The position numbers and the translations under genes were made by a program. Under the pieces are notes generated by a model, which saw only the letters and a program-made list of their open reading frames with translations, was not told the origin of the DNA and did no database searches. A DNA stretch of 64,000 nt from positions 34,296-98,295 of the forward strand of contig JACQII010000006.1 in assembly GCA_016198585.1 (NCBI GenBank), given 5' to 3'. This document shows positions 44,503 to 54,970 of the stretch, piece by piece. The stretch's first letter is position 1. Every line of letters starts with the position of its first letter. The stretch comes from Candidatus Aenigmatarchaeota archaeon. GTDB taxonomy: Archaea > Aenigmatarchaeota > Aenigmatarchaeia > QMZP01.

Positions 44503-45315
44503 ATGGTTTCGTACAAGGCGCTGATGGTGATTCCTCTCGCGCTGCTCATCGGGTCGATTGCGATCCTCGTCGCTGGCTACGCCCAGACCGGGGAATGGTT
44601 CCAGCGGAGCATCGACTTGAAGGGCGGGACGCTCATCACGCTTCCCGAAGCGGACCTGGCCGCAGTTGAGGCTGCTCTGCCCGACGCCCGCGTCCGGAGC
44701 ATCGGCGGCTTCGGCGGCCAGGCGGTCCTCGCCGAGCTGGAGGGCGACCCGGCTGCTGCGTTGGCCGCCCTCAAAGCGGCGGGCATCGAGACCGGCGATG
44801 CGAGCGTCCAGACGATCGGCTCGTCCCTCGGCGAGAACTTCTGGGTCCAGGCCCAGATCGGGATCGTGGCCGCATTCGTGCTGATGGGCATCGTGGTCTT
44901 CTTCCTCTTCCGGAAGGTCGTGCCGGCGATCGCCGTGCTCTTCGCCGCCATCACCGACATCGTCGTGACCCTGGCGATGATGCAGGTCTTCAGCATCCAA
45001 CTCTCGCTGGCGGGCCTCGGCGCGATCCTCATGATCATCGGGTATTCGGTGGACACGGACATCCTCACCGCGAGCCGCGTGCTGAAGGAGGAGGAAGGCC
45101 AGACGAAGGAGAAGATCTGGGGGGCGGTGAAGACCGGCCTCACGATGACGCTCACCACCATCGGCGCGCTCGCCGCCGTGATCATCGCTGGGGTCTCCGC
45201 AGTCATCACCCAGATCGCCACCATCCTCCTGATCGGGCTGCTGGTCGACCTCATCACGACCTGGCTGATGAACGCGGGCATGATCCGATGGTATGAGGAG
45301 AGGAGGGGTCACTGA
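44503..45315 (+). CDS. secF: protein-export membrane protein SecF
   Basis: 270 aa. N-TM, periplasmic domain, then 5 C-terminal TM helices with ...IIGYSVDTDIL... motif. Leaderless ATG 25 nt downstream of TATA TTAAAAAG. Confidence 0.8.
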   Translation: MVSYKALMVIPLALLIGSIAILVAGYAQTGEWFQRSIDLKGGTLITLPEADLAAVEAALPDARVRSIGGFGGQAVLAELEGDPAAALAALKAAGIETGDASVQTIGSSLGENFWVQAQIGIVAAFVLMGIVVFFLFRKVVPAIAVLFAAITDIVVTLAMMQVFSIQLSLAGLGAILMIIGYSVDTDILTASRVLKEEEGQTKEKIWGAVKTGLTMTLTTIGALAAVIIAGVSAVITQIATILLIGLLVDLITTWLMNAGMIRWYEERRGH

Positions 45316-47201
45316 TGCTGCGCTACTGGCGGGTCTGGCTCCTGGTGATCATGGTCCTGGCCTCGGTCTTCGCGATCGGGCTGAAGACTTTCCCCTATGG
45401 GAGGGACGGCGTCCAGGTCGTCTACGTCGCTCCCGGGTCGCCGGCGAAGACCCTGCTGACGCCGGGCATGGTGATCACCGAGGTCAATGGCCAGAAGGTC
45501 ATGGGGTTCGACGACTGGATGGAGAAGACCGCTTCCTTGTCCGGGGCCGTGACGTTCAAGGCCAATGGCCAGCCGGTAACGGTCCAGGTCAACGAGACCT
45601 TGGGGGTCAACGCGGTCGCCCTCGACCGGACCAACCTGGACTTCGGGCTGGACCTGAAGGGCGGGACGCGCATCATCCTCCAGCCTGCGGAGAACGTGAC
45701 CCAGGAACTGCTTGACGAAACCGTCTCCGTCCTCGAGACACGGGCCAACCTCTTCGGCCTCCAGGAGATCAAGCTCCTCCCGGTCAAGGCCCTGGACGGC
45801 AGCTTCTTCATCCAGATCGAGGCCGCTGGTGTGGGTGGGGAGGTCGTGGACGAGCTCCTCTCGCGCCAGGGCAAGTTTGAAGCGAAGATGATCAAGCCCG
45901 TGACTGGCACGCTCGAGATCGGCGACCAGAAAGCGAACGTCACCGTCCTGAACAGCTCGATCCTGGTCGGCAACCAGACCGTCCCTGTCAATGGGACGTT
46001 CGTCTTCGGCGGCATCCCCTTCCAGTACCTCAACACCACAAACGGGCAGACCCTGTTGCTGGCCACGGTCTTCGCGGGAGAGGATATTGAACTGGTGTAC
46101 ACCGATCCGCAGCGGTCGGGCATCCTGCCCCAGGGGGATGTCTACCAGTTCTACTTCGGCGTCCTGCTCTCCCAGAAAGGCGCGGAGCGGTTCGCGCAAG
46201 TCACCAAGGGTATCCCGAGCTTCTTCGACACCGGCGTGGGCCAGGAATACCTGGAGACCCCGCTGATCCTCTACATTGACGGTGAGGTCGTCTCCACCCT
46301 CCAGGTGGCAGGCAGCCTGGCCGGCCAGGCCATCCAGGACCCCCAGATCTCCGGTTCAGAGCCGACCCAGGAAGGCGCGATCAAGGAGAAGCTGCGCCTC
46401 CAGACCATCCTGAAGTCCGGAGCCTTGCCGGTGGCTCTGCAGACGGTCTCTGCGGACGTGATCTCGCCGACCCTGGGGAGCGACTTCTTCTCCTCGGCCA
46501 TCCTGGCGGTGGCCTTCGCCGCCCTCGTGGTCCTGGTAATCGTCTACATCCGCTACCGCAGCCTGCGGATCTCCGTCCCTCTCACGCTGGTCGGCATCTC
46601 GGAGGTCATCATCATCCTCGGCATCGCCGCGACCAACGATGCAGGCATCTGGGCCATCGCCCTGGTGGTGAACCTGGTTCTGATTGGGGTCGCCTGGTGG
46701 AAGAAGCACGGCATCGACCTCTACGCCTGGATCGGCGCGATCCTGGTCCCGCTCCTCGGCCTCGCCTCCTGGACTATTGACCTCCCCGCGATCGCCGGCA
46801 TCATGGCCGCGATCGGCGCGAGCGTGGACCACCAGATCATCATCGCCGACGAGGCCCGCCGCGGCAGCCGGCGGCTGGACATGAAAGACCACATCAAGCG
46901 TGCCCTGTTTATCATCATGGGCTCTGCGGCGACGATGATTGCCGCCATGCTGCCGCTGATGTTCATCGGCGTGGGCCTCGTCCGCGGGTTCGCGATCACC
47001 TCCATCGTCGGCGTGTTGGCCGGCGTCCTGGTGACTCGACCGGCCTATGCGCGGATCGTGGAAGGTTGGAATCCATTCCACAAGGAGACTCCGCCGCCAA
47101 CAAAGTCTCCGGAAAAGCCGGAGACACCCGCAAGCGCGCCGGCGACACCCGAGGTCGCAGCGCCGCCCGCAACCCCGCCAGCCGAACAGCCGAAGGCGTA
47201 G
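45315..47201 (+). CDS. secD: protein-export membrane protein SecD
   Basis: 628 aa. N-TM, large periplasmic domain, C-terminal 6-TM bundle ...GIAATNDAGIWAIALVVN...IGASVDHQIIIADE... Confidence 0.8.
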   Translation: MLRYWRVWLLVIMVLASVFAIGLKTFPYGRDGVQVVYVAPGSPAKTLLTPGMVITEVNGQKVMGFDDWMEKTASLSGAVTFKANGQPVTVQVNETLGVNAVALDRTNLDFGLDLKGGTRIILQPAENVTQELLDETVSVLETRANLFGLQEIKLLPVKALDGSFFIQIEAAGVGGEVVDELLSRQGKFEAKMIKPVTGTLEIGDQKANVTVLNSSILVGNQTVPVNGTFVFGGIPFQYLNTTNGQTLLLATVFAGEDIELVYTDPQRSGILPQGDVYQFYFGVLLSQKGAERFAQVTKGIPSFFDTGVGQEYLETPLILYIDGEVVSTLQVAGSLAGQAIQDPQISGSEPTQEGAIKEKLRLQTILKSGALPVALQTVSADVISPTLGSDFFSSAILAVAFAALVVLVIVYIRYRSLRISVPLTLVGISEVIIILGIAATNDAGIWAIALVVNLVLIGVAWWKKHGIDLYAWIGAILVPLLGLASWTIDLPAIAGIMAAIGASVDHQIIIADEARRGSRRLDMKDHIKRALFIIMGSAATMIAAMLPLMFIGVGLVRGFAITSIVGVLAGVLVTRPAYARIVEGWNPFHKETPPPTKSPEKPETPASAPATPEVAAPPATPPAEQPKA

Positions 47202-47304
47202 AGGGTGCTGACCTTGTTTCCTGTGCTCTGGCCCTGTGGGGCCTGGAGAAGAAAGTCGCGACCTGGACTGAGGACGGAGCAGAAAGTTGCTGCCTGCTAG
47301 CGGC

Positions 47305-50300
47305 CTACCGGAACTCGCCGAGGCGGCGCTGGGCTTTCTTCTTCTTGAAGAGCCGGCCGAAGACGCCGCTCTTGGGGGCGGTGTAGCCGCTGGCGGGCTT
47401 GAACCGGTCATAGCCCGACGCGTACTTGGTGATCTTCTCTTCCTTGGCGCGAGGCGGCTTGGGCGACCGTTTGAAGAGGGAGAAGCCCTTCTTCTCCGGG
47501 GAACGGAACCCTTTCCCTGAGCTGAAGCCCCGCCGGGCAGGGAGCATGAGGTAGACTAGGACAGCAGCGACGCCGATGATGACCACGACGATAATGATCA
47601 GCGACGTGTCGAAGGCGAAGGGGAGGCCGCCCGCACCCGAGGGATTGATCTTGCCCTGGATCTCCAGGATAGTCGCCTGCAACTCCTCGATGAGCTCGTT
47701 CGCGGTGATGTAGTCGCCCGCGTCCAGAGCAGCTTGGATTTGGGCCTTGAGGGAGGCCATCTTGTCCACGAGGCCGGTGATCTCGTCCACCTGGTCGGCA
47801 GGGATCTGGCCGGCCGTGATGAGGGCGGCGACCTGGCTCTCCAGCGCATCGGCGGTGGGGGTCAGGTTGGCGTACGCCTCCTGGATCTCGGCCTTCTGCT
47901 GCTCGTTCGGCGCGACCGAGAAAGTGAAGGACTGGGAGGTGGAAGCGTCGGTCGCGAACGACGGGTAGGCCTTGAACGTCCCGTCATAGTGGGCCACCTT
48001 GGTCGTGGCGGTCGTGGTGAAGGTCACGGTGAAGTTGCAAGGAGTCGTGCAGGTCTCATGGTCGATGGACGTGGAGATGTTATCGATGAGAGTCTCCAGT
48101 TTGGTGCTGATCGTCTTCGCGTTGCCCTCGGACACCTTGATGAAGGCGGTCACTGTCTCGCCGGCGACGACCGAGAGGTTGGCGGGGTATTCGTCAATGT
48201 TCACGTCGTAGCCGACGCAGGCGTGGTCCTCGATATACTCAGAGGATGTGCAGTCCAGGGCCGTGCAGGTGCTGGAGACGCATGCCTGGTTGGCCGCGCA
48301 GCCCGCGTTCGTGCTGCAGGTCGTCGAACTGCTCGAGGAACTCGAACTCGTGGTCGATGAGGTGGTGGAGCCTCCGGTTTCCGTCACGGTCAACGTGATG
48401 CCGGTCACGTTGGCGTACGTCGCCCGGGAAGCGGTCACGTTCATGCTCGAGCAGGCGGTCGTGGAGGTGACGTTCTGGGCCGTCAGCTTGAACCGGAACC
48501 AGCAGCCAGTGGGAACCTCCTTTCCGATAGTAAAGGTGAAGGGGTTGTCGTTCGTGATGGATGAGCACTGGGAGCCGCCGTTTTCCACCTGGCCCGATGA
48601 ATCGGCGGTCACGGTGACCGGGCAGTTGCCCTTGTTGAACGTCAGCGTCGCGGCCACGGCAGGTAGCGGTCCGAAGTTGGCCACGGTGACATTGATGAAT
48701 GCCGTGCCGGTAGCCTCATTTATGCTCCCGAGGGTCGGAGTGGTCACGGCGGTGAGGTTGAGGCCGGTCTCGTTGATGACCAGGCTGTCATTCGACCCAG
48801 TGCCGAAGAGGGATGTGGCCGTACTGTTGGACTGGTTGGTGTGCCAGCTGATGTTGGTGTAGACACGGTAGCGGCCGCCTATCGTCGTATTGGGGATGGA
48901 GGCGTTGATGTTGCACACGTTCTGGGTGCTGGCTTCGTCTCCCTCGCACAAGGCGGAGTAGGAGGCCTTGATGTCGGTCAGGGTGACCGAGTAATCGGTG
49001 CGGTTGGTCTCCACGATCCACACGGTGGTGAAGTTGGTCACATTCGCAATGCCTCCTTCAGACGGACCGGGGACGCTGACAAAGGAGCCGTTCGCGAGAC
49101 TCGCCCGTATCTGCAAAGAGATGTTCGCACTCTCGTTCTGTGGGTACCAGACGTATGCGTACAAGGGGTTTCCATCGGTCATCGTGAGGAACCGGGTGCT
49201 GATCTTGCTGATCGTGGTGTTGAGGCGGTCGGTGAGGTTCAGCTCGAAGGAGATGTTGATGATGTCGTAGGGGTAAGAGGAGGCGCTCACGTTCGTGACG
49301 TTCGATGAGTTGATGACGAGCCAGCCCACATACAGGCCGGGGGCCTTGACTGTGCTGTTCATGGTCACGTTGAAGGTCAGATTGATCTGGTTCTGGGAGT
49401 TGGCGTTAACCGTTCCGTTGGGCATGAAGGCGATGCTGACGTTCACGGTCTTGGTGCTGTCTGTGCTAAGGGCGAGCTGCATGGCAAGGGAAGTGATGTT
49501 CGAGGAGGTGTTCGTGAAGTTGATCATGGAACCGCCAGTGTTGTTGAGCTGGACGCTCACCGAGATGTTCTTGTCGTAGCCGATGTTGTCGGTCTTCTTC
49601 AGCGTCGTGCTGTTGGAGAAGTTGCCGTTCACCAGCAGTATCCCGGCAGCCACGTCGAAGGTGAAGGGCAGCTTCACCTTCCAGCCAGACCCATTGGAGT
49701 AGGTGAAGAACCCTTCGTACGTGCCGTTGAGGAGCTGGTAGCGGGGCACGGTGACGGTTGCCGTGACGTTGTGGCTCATGTTATCCGCGTCGGGCCCGAT
49801 GGCCGAGGAGCTGTTGAAAGAAGCGTTGAGCGTGGTGAGGTTGAAGCTCGAGTTGAGCCAGGCAGACTCGCTCAGGTAGACCAGCAGCGAAAGGTTGTAC
49901 GGGTTCAGGGACGAGTCCTGGGAAACGTTGATGACCGACACGTTCCAGATGCCCTGGTTCTCGGGGTGGAACGGCCCTTCGAAGATGATAAACTCCTCGC
50001 GATGCAGGTTGCTTGCGTTCGCGGGTCCAGCCTTTGTCGTGGAGTTGAGCTGTGTGGTCCCGTTCGGACTGGTGAGGAAGAGGTCCCAGTCCGTCGCAAT
50101 CCCACTCACATTGTCCCACTCGAGACGGACCTTGATCTTGGTGGTGAAGTTGGGAACGATGAAGTCGACCTGCTGCGGGCTCGTCTGGTGGAGGAAGCGC
50201 TTGATGTTGTAGATCTCCCTGGTTTCGACTAGGCCCGCCAGCACGACATCGTCCATGTTCTTGAGGCGGAAGAACGATCGATTGGTCTCGTTCGGCTTGA

Positions 50301-51657
50301 GCGGTGCCTCGCCAAACACCAGCTTGCGCACCTCCTTGAGGGTGTTGCTCATGTTCGTGACGTTGATGGTCGCGAAGAAGATGCGACCAGTATAGCTCGA
50401 AGATGTGTTCGCCAACCGGATCTCCCACAGCTTGCCCGTCCCGTTTGCGGGGAGGAAGAGGGTGACCTCCTCGGTGAGACTGCCGTTGTTGATGGACGAG
50501 GCCAAGAATTCCGTGTCGTTGAGGAGGAAGAGATCTACATCACCCGAGAGGCCGGAGACATTGATCGTGACCGTGGTCAGGTTGAGGTTGCTGATGCCGC
50601 TATTCTGGCTCATGTTCGTGAAGAAGAAGAAGCTGTTGTCGCCACCCGAACCGTTCCCCAGGAACGATGCGGTGTTGTTTCCGGGCACGAAGGTGTTGTT
50701 TGCATTGATGCTGATGTGGACGACGATCGGCAGGTGGATGCGCTCCGATTCATTCGTCACGTTGCGGATGGCCACCGTCCCCCGGTAGAGGCCGGGCGGA
50801 CAGAACTCGTTCACGAAGAGGCTGAAGGCGGTGACATTGGTTTCGTTCAGCAGCTGGCTCACGTTGGTCGCGGTGGGGCCGCGGAAGACCGTGAAGTCCA
50901 TGCCCGTGTCCGTTCCGCTGCCGAAGCAGATGACCCGATTCCCGGACGAGAAGCCGGAGAACGCGCTCACCCCGTAGTCGCTGGTCGTGAAGTAGACCGG
51001 CGTCACGTTCGTGGTCTGATTCTCCACAAACACCTGGCTGAAGGTTGCGTTGTTGGTCTCCACGAGAACCGTCCCGTTGGACCAGTTCAGCCGCAGGGAG
51101 TTCGTGTCCGTGGAGAACGACCGGTTGCTCGACGAGACGAGACCAGTGACACGGATGGTGATGACCGAGGTGTTGAGGGCGACCGTGGTGTCATTGTACT
51201 GGGCGGTGATGGTGAGGTTATAGGTTCCTTCACCCGTGGCGGCGATGGCTTTGAAGGAGAAGTTGTGAGTCGCATTAGACGCAATGAGCGCGAGGTTGCC
51301 GCTCGACGTGTTCCAGCTGATATTCTGGCCGTAGGTGGTGAACGTCGTGTTGGCCGGGCCAGTGGTGGTGTTGGTGCCGTTCACGAACGTGAACCCTTCG
51401 GGGAGGGTGATGTTGATGGTGGTGATGTTGAGCCCGAAGACCGACCCGGTGGTCTGGTTGAAATTGGTGATCGAGATGTTGAAGAGGCGGAGCGTCGAGG
51501 GGTAGATCTTCGAGGTGTTGACGGCGAGGGAGCTGTTCAGCTGGGTCGCGGAGAAGGGCACGGCCAGGGTTGAGATCGAGAAATGGATGACCAGCAAGGA
51601 GAGCAATGCCACTGCAATAAGCCACCCTTGCCGAGATCGACCGGAAACCCTCCTCAT
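47305..51657 (-). CDS. giant (1450 aa) cell-surface glycoprotein, family B. >90 N-x-S/T sequons, Ser/Thr/Gly linker, Cys module, coiled coil, TM, ~80-aa basic tail
   Basis: Signal MRRVSGRSRQGWLIAVALLSLLVIHF. TGGSTTSSTTSSSSSSSSTTCSTNAGCAANQACVSSTCTALDC. Coiled coil ...LKAQIQAALDAGDYITANELIEELQATILEIQ... TM LIIIVVVIIGVAAVLVYLML then PARRGF...KKKKAQRR tail. Confidence 0.8.
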   Translation of the reverse strand: MRRVSGRSRQGWLIAVALLSLLVIHFSISTLAVPFSATQLNSSLAVNTSKIYPSTLRLFNISITNFNQTTGSVFGLNITTINITLPEGFTFVNGTNTTTGPANTTFTTYGQNISWNTSSGNLALIASNATHNFSFKAIAATGEGTYNLTITAQYNDTTVALNTSVITIRVTGLVSSSNRSFSTDTNSLRLNWSNGTVLVETNNATFSQVFVENQTTNVTPVYFTTSDYGVSAFSGFSSGNRVICFGSGTDTGMDFTVFRGPTATNVSQLLNETNVTAFSLFVNEFCPPGLYRGTVAIRNVTNESERIHLPIVVHISINANNTFVPGNNTASFLGNGSGGDNSFFFFTNMSQNSGISNLNLTTVTINVSGLSGDVDLFLLNDTEFLASSINNGSLTEEVTLFLPANGTGKLWEIRLANTSSSYTGRIFFATINVTNMSNTLKEVRKLVFGEAPLKPNETNRSFFRLKNMDDVVLAGLVETREIYNIKRFLHQTSPQQVDFIVPNFTTKIKVRLEWDNVSGIATDWDLFLTSPNGTTQLNSTTKAGPANASNLHREEFIIFEGPFHPENQGIWNVSVINVSQDSSLNPYNLSLLVYLSESAWLNSSFNLTTLNASFNSSSAIGPDADNMSHNVTATVTVPRYQLLNGTYEGFFTYSNGSGWKVKLPFTFDVAAGILLVNGNFSNSTTLKKTDNIGYDKNISVSVQLNNTGGSMINFTNTSSNITSLAMQLALSTDSTKTVNVSIAFMPNGTVNANSQNQINLTFNVTMNSTVKAPGLYVGWLVINSSNVTNVSASSYPYDIINISFELNLTDRLNTTISKISTRFLTMTDGNPLYAYVWYPQNESANISLQIRASLANGSFVSVPGPSEGGIANVTNFTTVWIVETNRTDYSVTLTDIKASYSALCEGDEASTQNVCNINASIPNTTIGGRYRVYTNISWHTNQSNSTATSLFGTGSNDSLVINETGLNLTAVTTPTLGSINEATGTAFINVTVANFGPLPAVAATLTFNKGNCPVTVTADSSGQVENGGSQCSSITNDNPFTFTIGKEVPTGCWFRFKLTAQNVTSTTACSSMNVTASRATYANVTGITLTVTETGGSTTSSTTSSSSSSSSTTCSTNAGCAANQACVSSTCTALDCTSSEYIEDHACVGYDVNIDEYPANLSVVAGETVTAFIKVSEGNAKTISTKLETLIDNISTSIDHETCTTPCNFTVTFTTTATTKVAHYDGTFKAYPSFATDASTSQSFTFSVAPNEQQKAEIQEAYANLTPTADALESQVAALITAGQIPADQVDEITGLVDKMASLKAQIQAALDAGDYITANELIEELQATILEIQGKINPSGAGGLPFAFDTSLIIIVVVIIGVAAVLVYLMLPARRGFSSGKGFRSPEKKGFSLFKRSPKPPRAKEEKITKYASGYDRFKPASGYTAPKSGVFGRLFKKKKAQRRLGEFR

Positions 51658-51850
51658 GAAGACCGCTTTGGTGAATGAAATGCGTCGTGGGTGAAAAGAT
51701 CGTGACCGAAGCGCATACCAATCTCTTGCCTGCGAGACTTAAATACCTTGAAACTCCTGCCCGGATGCTGCCGCGTCGCAGCTGGCGCGCAGGCGGCCGC
51801 GAGTTCGCGGCCGAACGTCGCATTTAAGCGTCGGCGACAAGAATAGGCGT

Positions 51851-52294
51851 ATGGTCGCGGTTGAACTGGGAGCGTTCCTGCCCTTCTTCCTGGTCCTCGC
51901 GCTGGTGTACGGGTCGCTTGAGGTCTCGGGAACGTTCAAGAACCGGGGAGTCAAGGCGATCCTCTCGGTCGTCCTGGCGTTCTTCGCCATCACGACCCCG
52001 GCAATTGTCGAGTTCATCACGGCCGTCATGCCCTACGCAGCGTTCTTCTTCATCGCCTTCTTCTTCCTGGGCTTTGTCCTCTCGTTCTTCAAGGAAGGCG
52101 AGAAGGGGAAGAAGGACTACACGCTGATCGCGGTCGTCCTGGTCCTCGTCCTGGTGTTCCTGGCGAGCGACAAGGGCCTGGACATCTTCACCTGGGACGA
52201 CAGCTTCCTGGCCATGGTCGTTCTCCTGGCGATCGCCATGATCCTGTACGCGGCCTACAAGCGGGGAGGCCACTCGGGCGGAAGTGACAGGTGA
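51851..52294 (+). CDS. small polytopic membrane protein, hypothetical
   Basis: 147 aa, 4 hydrophobic helices. TATA ATTTAAG 25 nt upstream. Confidence 0.5.
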   Translation: MVAVELGAFLPFFLVLALVYGSLEVSGTFKNRGVKAILSVVLAFFAITTPAIVEFITAVMPYAAFFFIAFFFLGFVLSFFKEGEKGKKDYTLIAVVLVLVLVFLASDKGLDIFTWDDSFLAMVVLLAIAMILYAAYKRGGHSGGSDR

Positions 52295-52334
52295 CGGGAC
52301 AGAACCGAGTCTACGAAAACGAAAAAGGCAGCAA

Positions 52335-52604
52335 TTAGCGCTGCTGGGCGCGCTTGAATTCCTTCTGGAACTCCTGGGCCTCGTCGATCAGGAGCTGGGC
52401 GGCCGAGGTGAGGGTCTTCTTCGGATCTGCCGACCGGACGATGATCTTGGGGTTCGCCAGGTAGGGATGCTCAAGCATGTACGCTGCTTGGTCGGCCTGC
52501 TCGCGCCAGGCATTCTCCCGGAGCGCGTTCAGCAGGGTGTGATCCTCGCCGACGACTTCGACGGTGAGCTTGTCCTTCTTCTTCTCGATTTTTTTCAGCT
52601 TCAT
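52335..52604 (-). CDS. rpoL: DNA-directed RNA polymerase subunit L (Rpo11)
   Basis: KLTVEVVGEDHTLLNALRE...AAYMLEHPYL..PKIIVRSADPKKTLTSAAQLL pattern of RpoL/Rpb11; 89 aa. Confidence 0.75.
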   Translation of the reverse strand: MKLKKIEKKKDKLTVEVVGEDHTLLNALRENAWREQADQAAYMLEHPYLANPKIIVRSADPKKTLTSAAQLLIDEAQEFQKEFKRAQQR

Positions 52605-53551
52605 ACTTCCCTGATTATCTTCTTGAGGGTATTTATATACTCCACCGGGACAGGGTCGACGCCTTTGGCGACGGCGAGGTGATAGCTCACCAGATCGCCC
52701 AGCAGGAGATGGGAGAGCAGCCGCTCGAGCGGCGTCTTCCCGTGGGCGACGGCCTCGATGACCAGCGCCCGGTCACCGATGTGCTCCTTGAGGAACTCGA
52801 TCGACGCCCGGACCTCTTCCTTCTCGCCTTCCTCGCGGAGCAGGATGACGCTGATGCCCTTTGGGGGAAGCTGCCACGCCACGACCTCGTTGTGGTTCAG
52901 CTCCGGGAAGACCTCGGCCTTGGCGTGGGTTTTCGCGTTCTCGTTCAGCTGGGTCTTGAAGCGGAGTGCGACCGATTCGCGCGTGCCGTAGATGAACGGG
53001 ATCGTGCTGCCGAGGCGCGCGGCGATCTCCCTGGCCTGGCGGTCGATCCCAGGCCTGATCCCCTCGACGAAGTCGGCGATTCCCGGGTCGACCGCGGTCA
53101 TGCCCAGGGTTTCGAAGAAGCGCAGGAGCGCGATCAGCTGGAACGGCAGGGAGACCCGCGGCAGCAGACCGGCCGGCAGCTGCACGTGCGGCTTCCGCTC
53201 CTCGACCAGGAGCTCAAGCAGCTTGCCTCCGGACGTGATGCCGAGGACGCGGCAGTTCTTCTTGAGCGCGGCGTGGTAGGCTTCCACGGTTTCCTTGGTA
53301 TTCCCGGAGTAGGACGTGCAGATGGCCAGGGTCTTCCCGTCCAGGAAGCGGGGCGGGGTGTAGGACTTGGAGAGGGTGATGGGGACCGTGTCGATGAGGT
53401 CGCGGATGAAGTTCCCCGCAATGCCAGATCCACCCATGCCGATGAAGACCACCTCGCGGATGTCCCGGTACGCCTCCGGCCGGACGTGCACCAAGGGGAG
53501 TTCCATGGCGCGCCGGAGGTGATCGGGCAGGCCCATGATCGCGTCGTACAT
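52601..53551 (-). CDS. bifunctional phosphoglucose/phosphomannose isomerase (SIS domain)
   Basis: VVFIGMGGSGIAGNF...ICTSYSGNTKET SIS motifs; 316 aa. Overlaps the rpoL start by 4 nt. Confidence 0.65.
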   Translation of the reverse strand: MYDAIMGLPDHLRRAMELPLVHVRPEAYRDIREVVFIGMGGSGIAGNFIRDLIDTVPITLSKSYTPPRFLDGKTLAICTSYSGNTKETVEAYHAALKKNCRVLGITSGGKLLELLVEERKPHVQLPAGLLPRVSLPFQLIALLRFFETLGMTAVDPGIADFVEGIRPGIDRQAREIAARLGSTIPFIYGTRESVALRFKTQLNENAKTHAKAEVFPELNHNEVVAWQLPPKGISVILLREEGEKEEVRASIEFLKEHIGDRALVIEAVAHGKTPLERLLSHLLLGDLVSYHLAVAKGVDPVPVEYINTLKKIIREV

Positions 53552-53597
53552 ACCTGGACTGGGCGGCGCAGGTTTTTAAGCCTACGCCAGGTTCTGG

Positions 53598-54947
53598 TCA
53601 GGCGCCGTGGAGCGGCACGCCAGCCCCGGCCAGCGTCTCCTCGACCAGGCGACCGATCTCCGCGAACGCGGCCTGGTCCTGGGCCTCCCAGCGGACCACG
53701 AGCTGGGGTCCGGTGTTCGAGGCGCGGATGATGAACCAGCCCCGCTCTAGGATGACTCGCGCGCCGTCGAGGGTGTTCACCTGGTAGCCGGCAGCGGCGA
53801 GCCGCTGCTGGAGGTCGGCCACGACCGTGAACTTCCGCTGGTCCGGGCAAGGCGGACGGAACTCCTCCGAGGTGAGGTAGGTCGCGATCTCGCGCTGGCG
53901 CGCAGAGAGCGGGCCGGCGTTGAGCAGCTCGGCCACTTTGAGGCTGGCGAAGAGGGCGTCATCGTAGCCGTAGTTCTCAGGGAAGTAGTAGTGGCCTGAA
54001 TTCTCGCCGGCGAGGGCAGCCTTCTGCTGGATGAGGGCGGATTGGATGTAGGAATGTCCGACCCGTGAGAGGACTGCACGACCGCCGCAGCGGATGATCG
54101 TGTCTTCGACTGCCTTGGAGACCACGACCTCGTAGACCACCGCCGCGCCTGGCCGCTTGCGGAGGGCCTCCTGGGCGAAGAGGGAGAAGATGACGTTGTT
54201 CTCGACGATCTCTCCCCGGTCGTTGACGACGCCGAGGCGGTCCCCGTCCGCGTCGTAGGAGACGCCGAGGTCGGCCTTGGTCTCGCGCACGCGCTGCTGG
54301 AGGTGGGCGAGGTTCTTCTTCTTGATGGGGTCGGCTTCATGGTTCGGGAACCGGCCGTCGGGCGTGCAGAAGAGCGGGACGACCTCCCACCCGAGGCGGG
54401 CGAAGAGCTTGGGCGCGACGAGGCTGCAGGCGCCGTTCGCAGCGTCGATGACGACCTTCTTCCGGCCGTCGACGGTCACGTGGCCGAGGGCGTGCCGGAT
54501 GAACGCGTCCTCGATGCCCCGCTGCTCGAGGCCGCCATCGCCTTCCCGGAACTCATCTCCCTCGGCGATCTCCTTGATCTGGCTGATGCCGGTTTCCCAG
54601 GAGAGGCAGACCCCACCTTTGCCCACGAGCTTGATGCCGTTGTATTCTTTCGGGCTGTGGCTGGCGGTCACCACGATGCCGCCGTCCAGTCCCTGGGAGC
54701 TGACATAATAATAGACCATCGGCGTCGCGACCATGCCCACGTCGATGACGTTCGCTCCGGTCGAGAGGAGTGCAGCGATCACCCGCTCCTTGAGCGCAGG
54801 GGTCGAGACCCGGACATCCCCGCCGACCGCGACCGTAGCTCCTTCAGGCAGGAACGTGCCAAAGGCTTTCGCGATCTTCTCGGCCAGGTCCTCGTCCAGT
54901 TCGCTCGGATAGATGCCCCGGATGTCATAGGCGCGGAAGACGGTCAT
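53598..54947 (-). CDS. phosphomannomutase / phosphoglucosamine mutase (alpha-D-phosphohexomutase family)
   Basis: MTVFRAYDIRGIY...VVTASHSPKEYNGIKL (active-site Ser loop)...YDADGDR metal loop. Confidence 0.8.
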   Translation of the reverse strand: MTVFRAYDIRGIYPSELDEDLAEKIAKAFGTFLPEGATVAVGGDVRVSTPALKERVIAALLSTGANVIDVGMVATPMVYYYVSSQGLDGGIVVTASHSPKEYNGIKLVGKGGVCLSWETGISQIKEIAEGDEFREGDGGLEQRGIEDAFIRHALGHVTVDGRKKVVIDAANGACSLVAPKLFARLGWEVVPLFCTPDGRFPNHEADPIKKKNLAHLQQRVRETKADLGVSYDADGDRLGVVNDRGEIVENNVIFSLFAQEALRKRPGAAVVYEVVVSKAVEDTIIRCGGRAVLSRVGHSYIQSALIQQKAALAGENSGHYYFPENYGYDDALFASLKVAELLNAGPLSARQREIATYLTSEEFRPPCPDQRKFTVVADLQQRLAAAGYQVNTLDGARVILERGWFIIRASNTGPQLVVRWEAQDQAAFAEIGRLVEETLAGAGVPLHGA

Positions 54948-54970
54948 AGCATCCCTTCTGCCGGGGATTT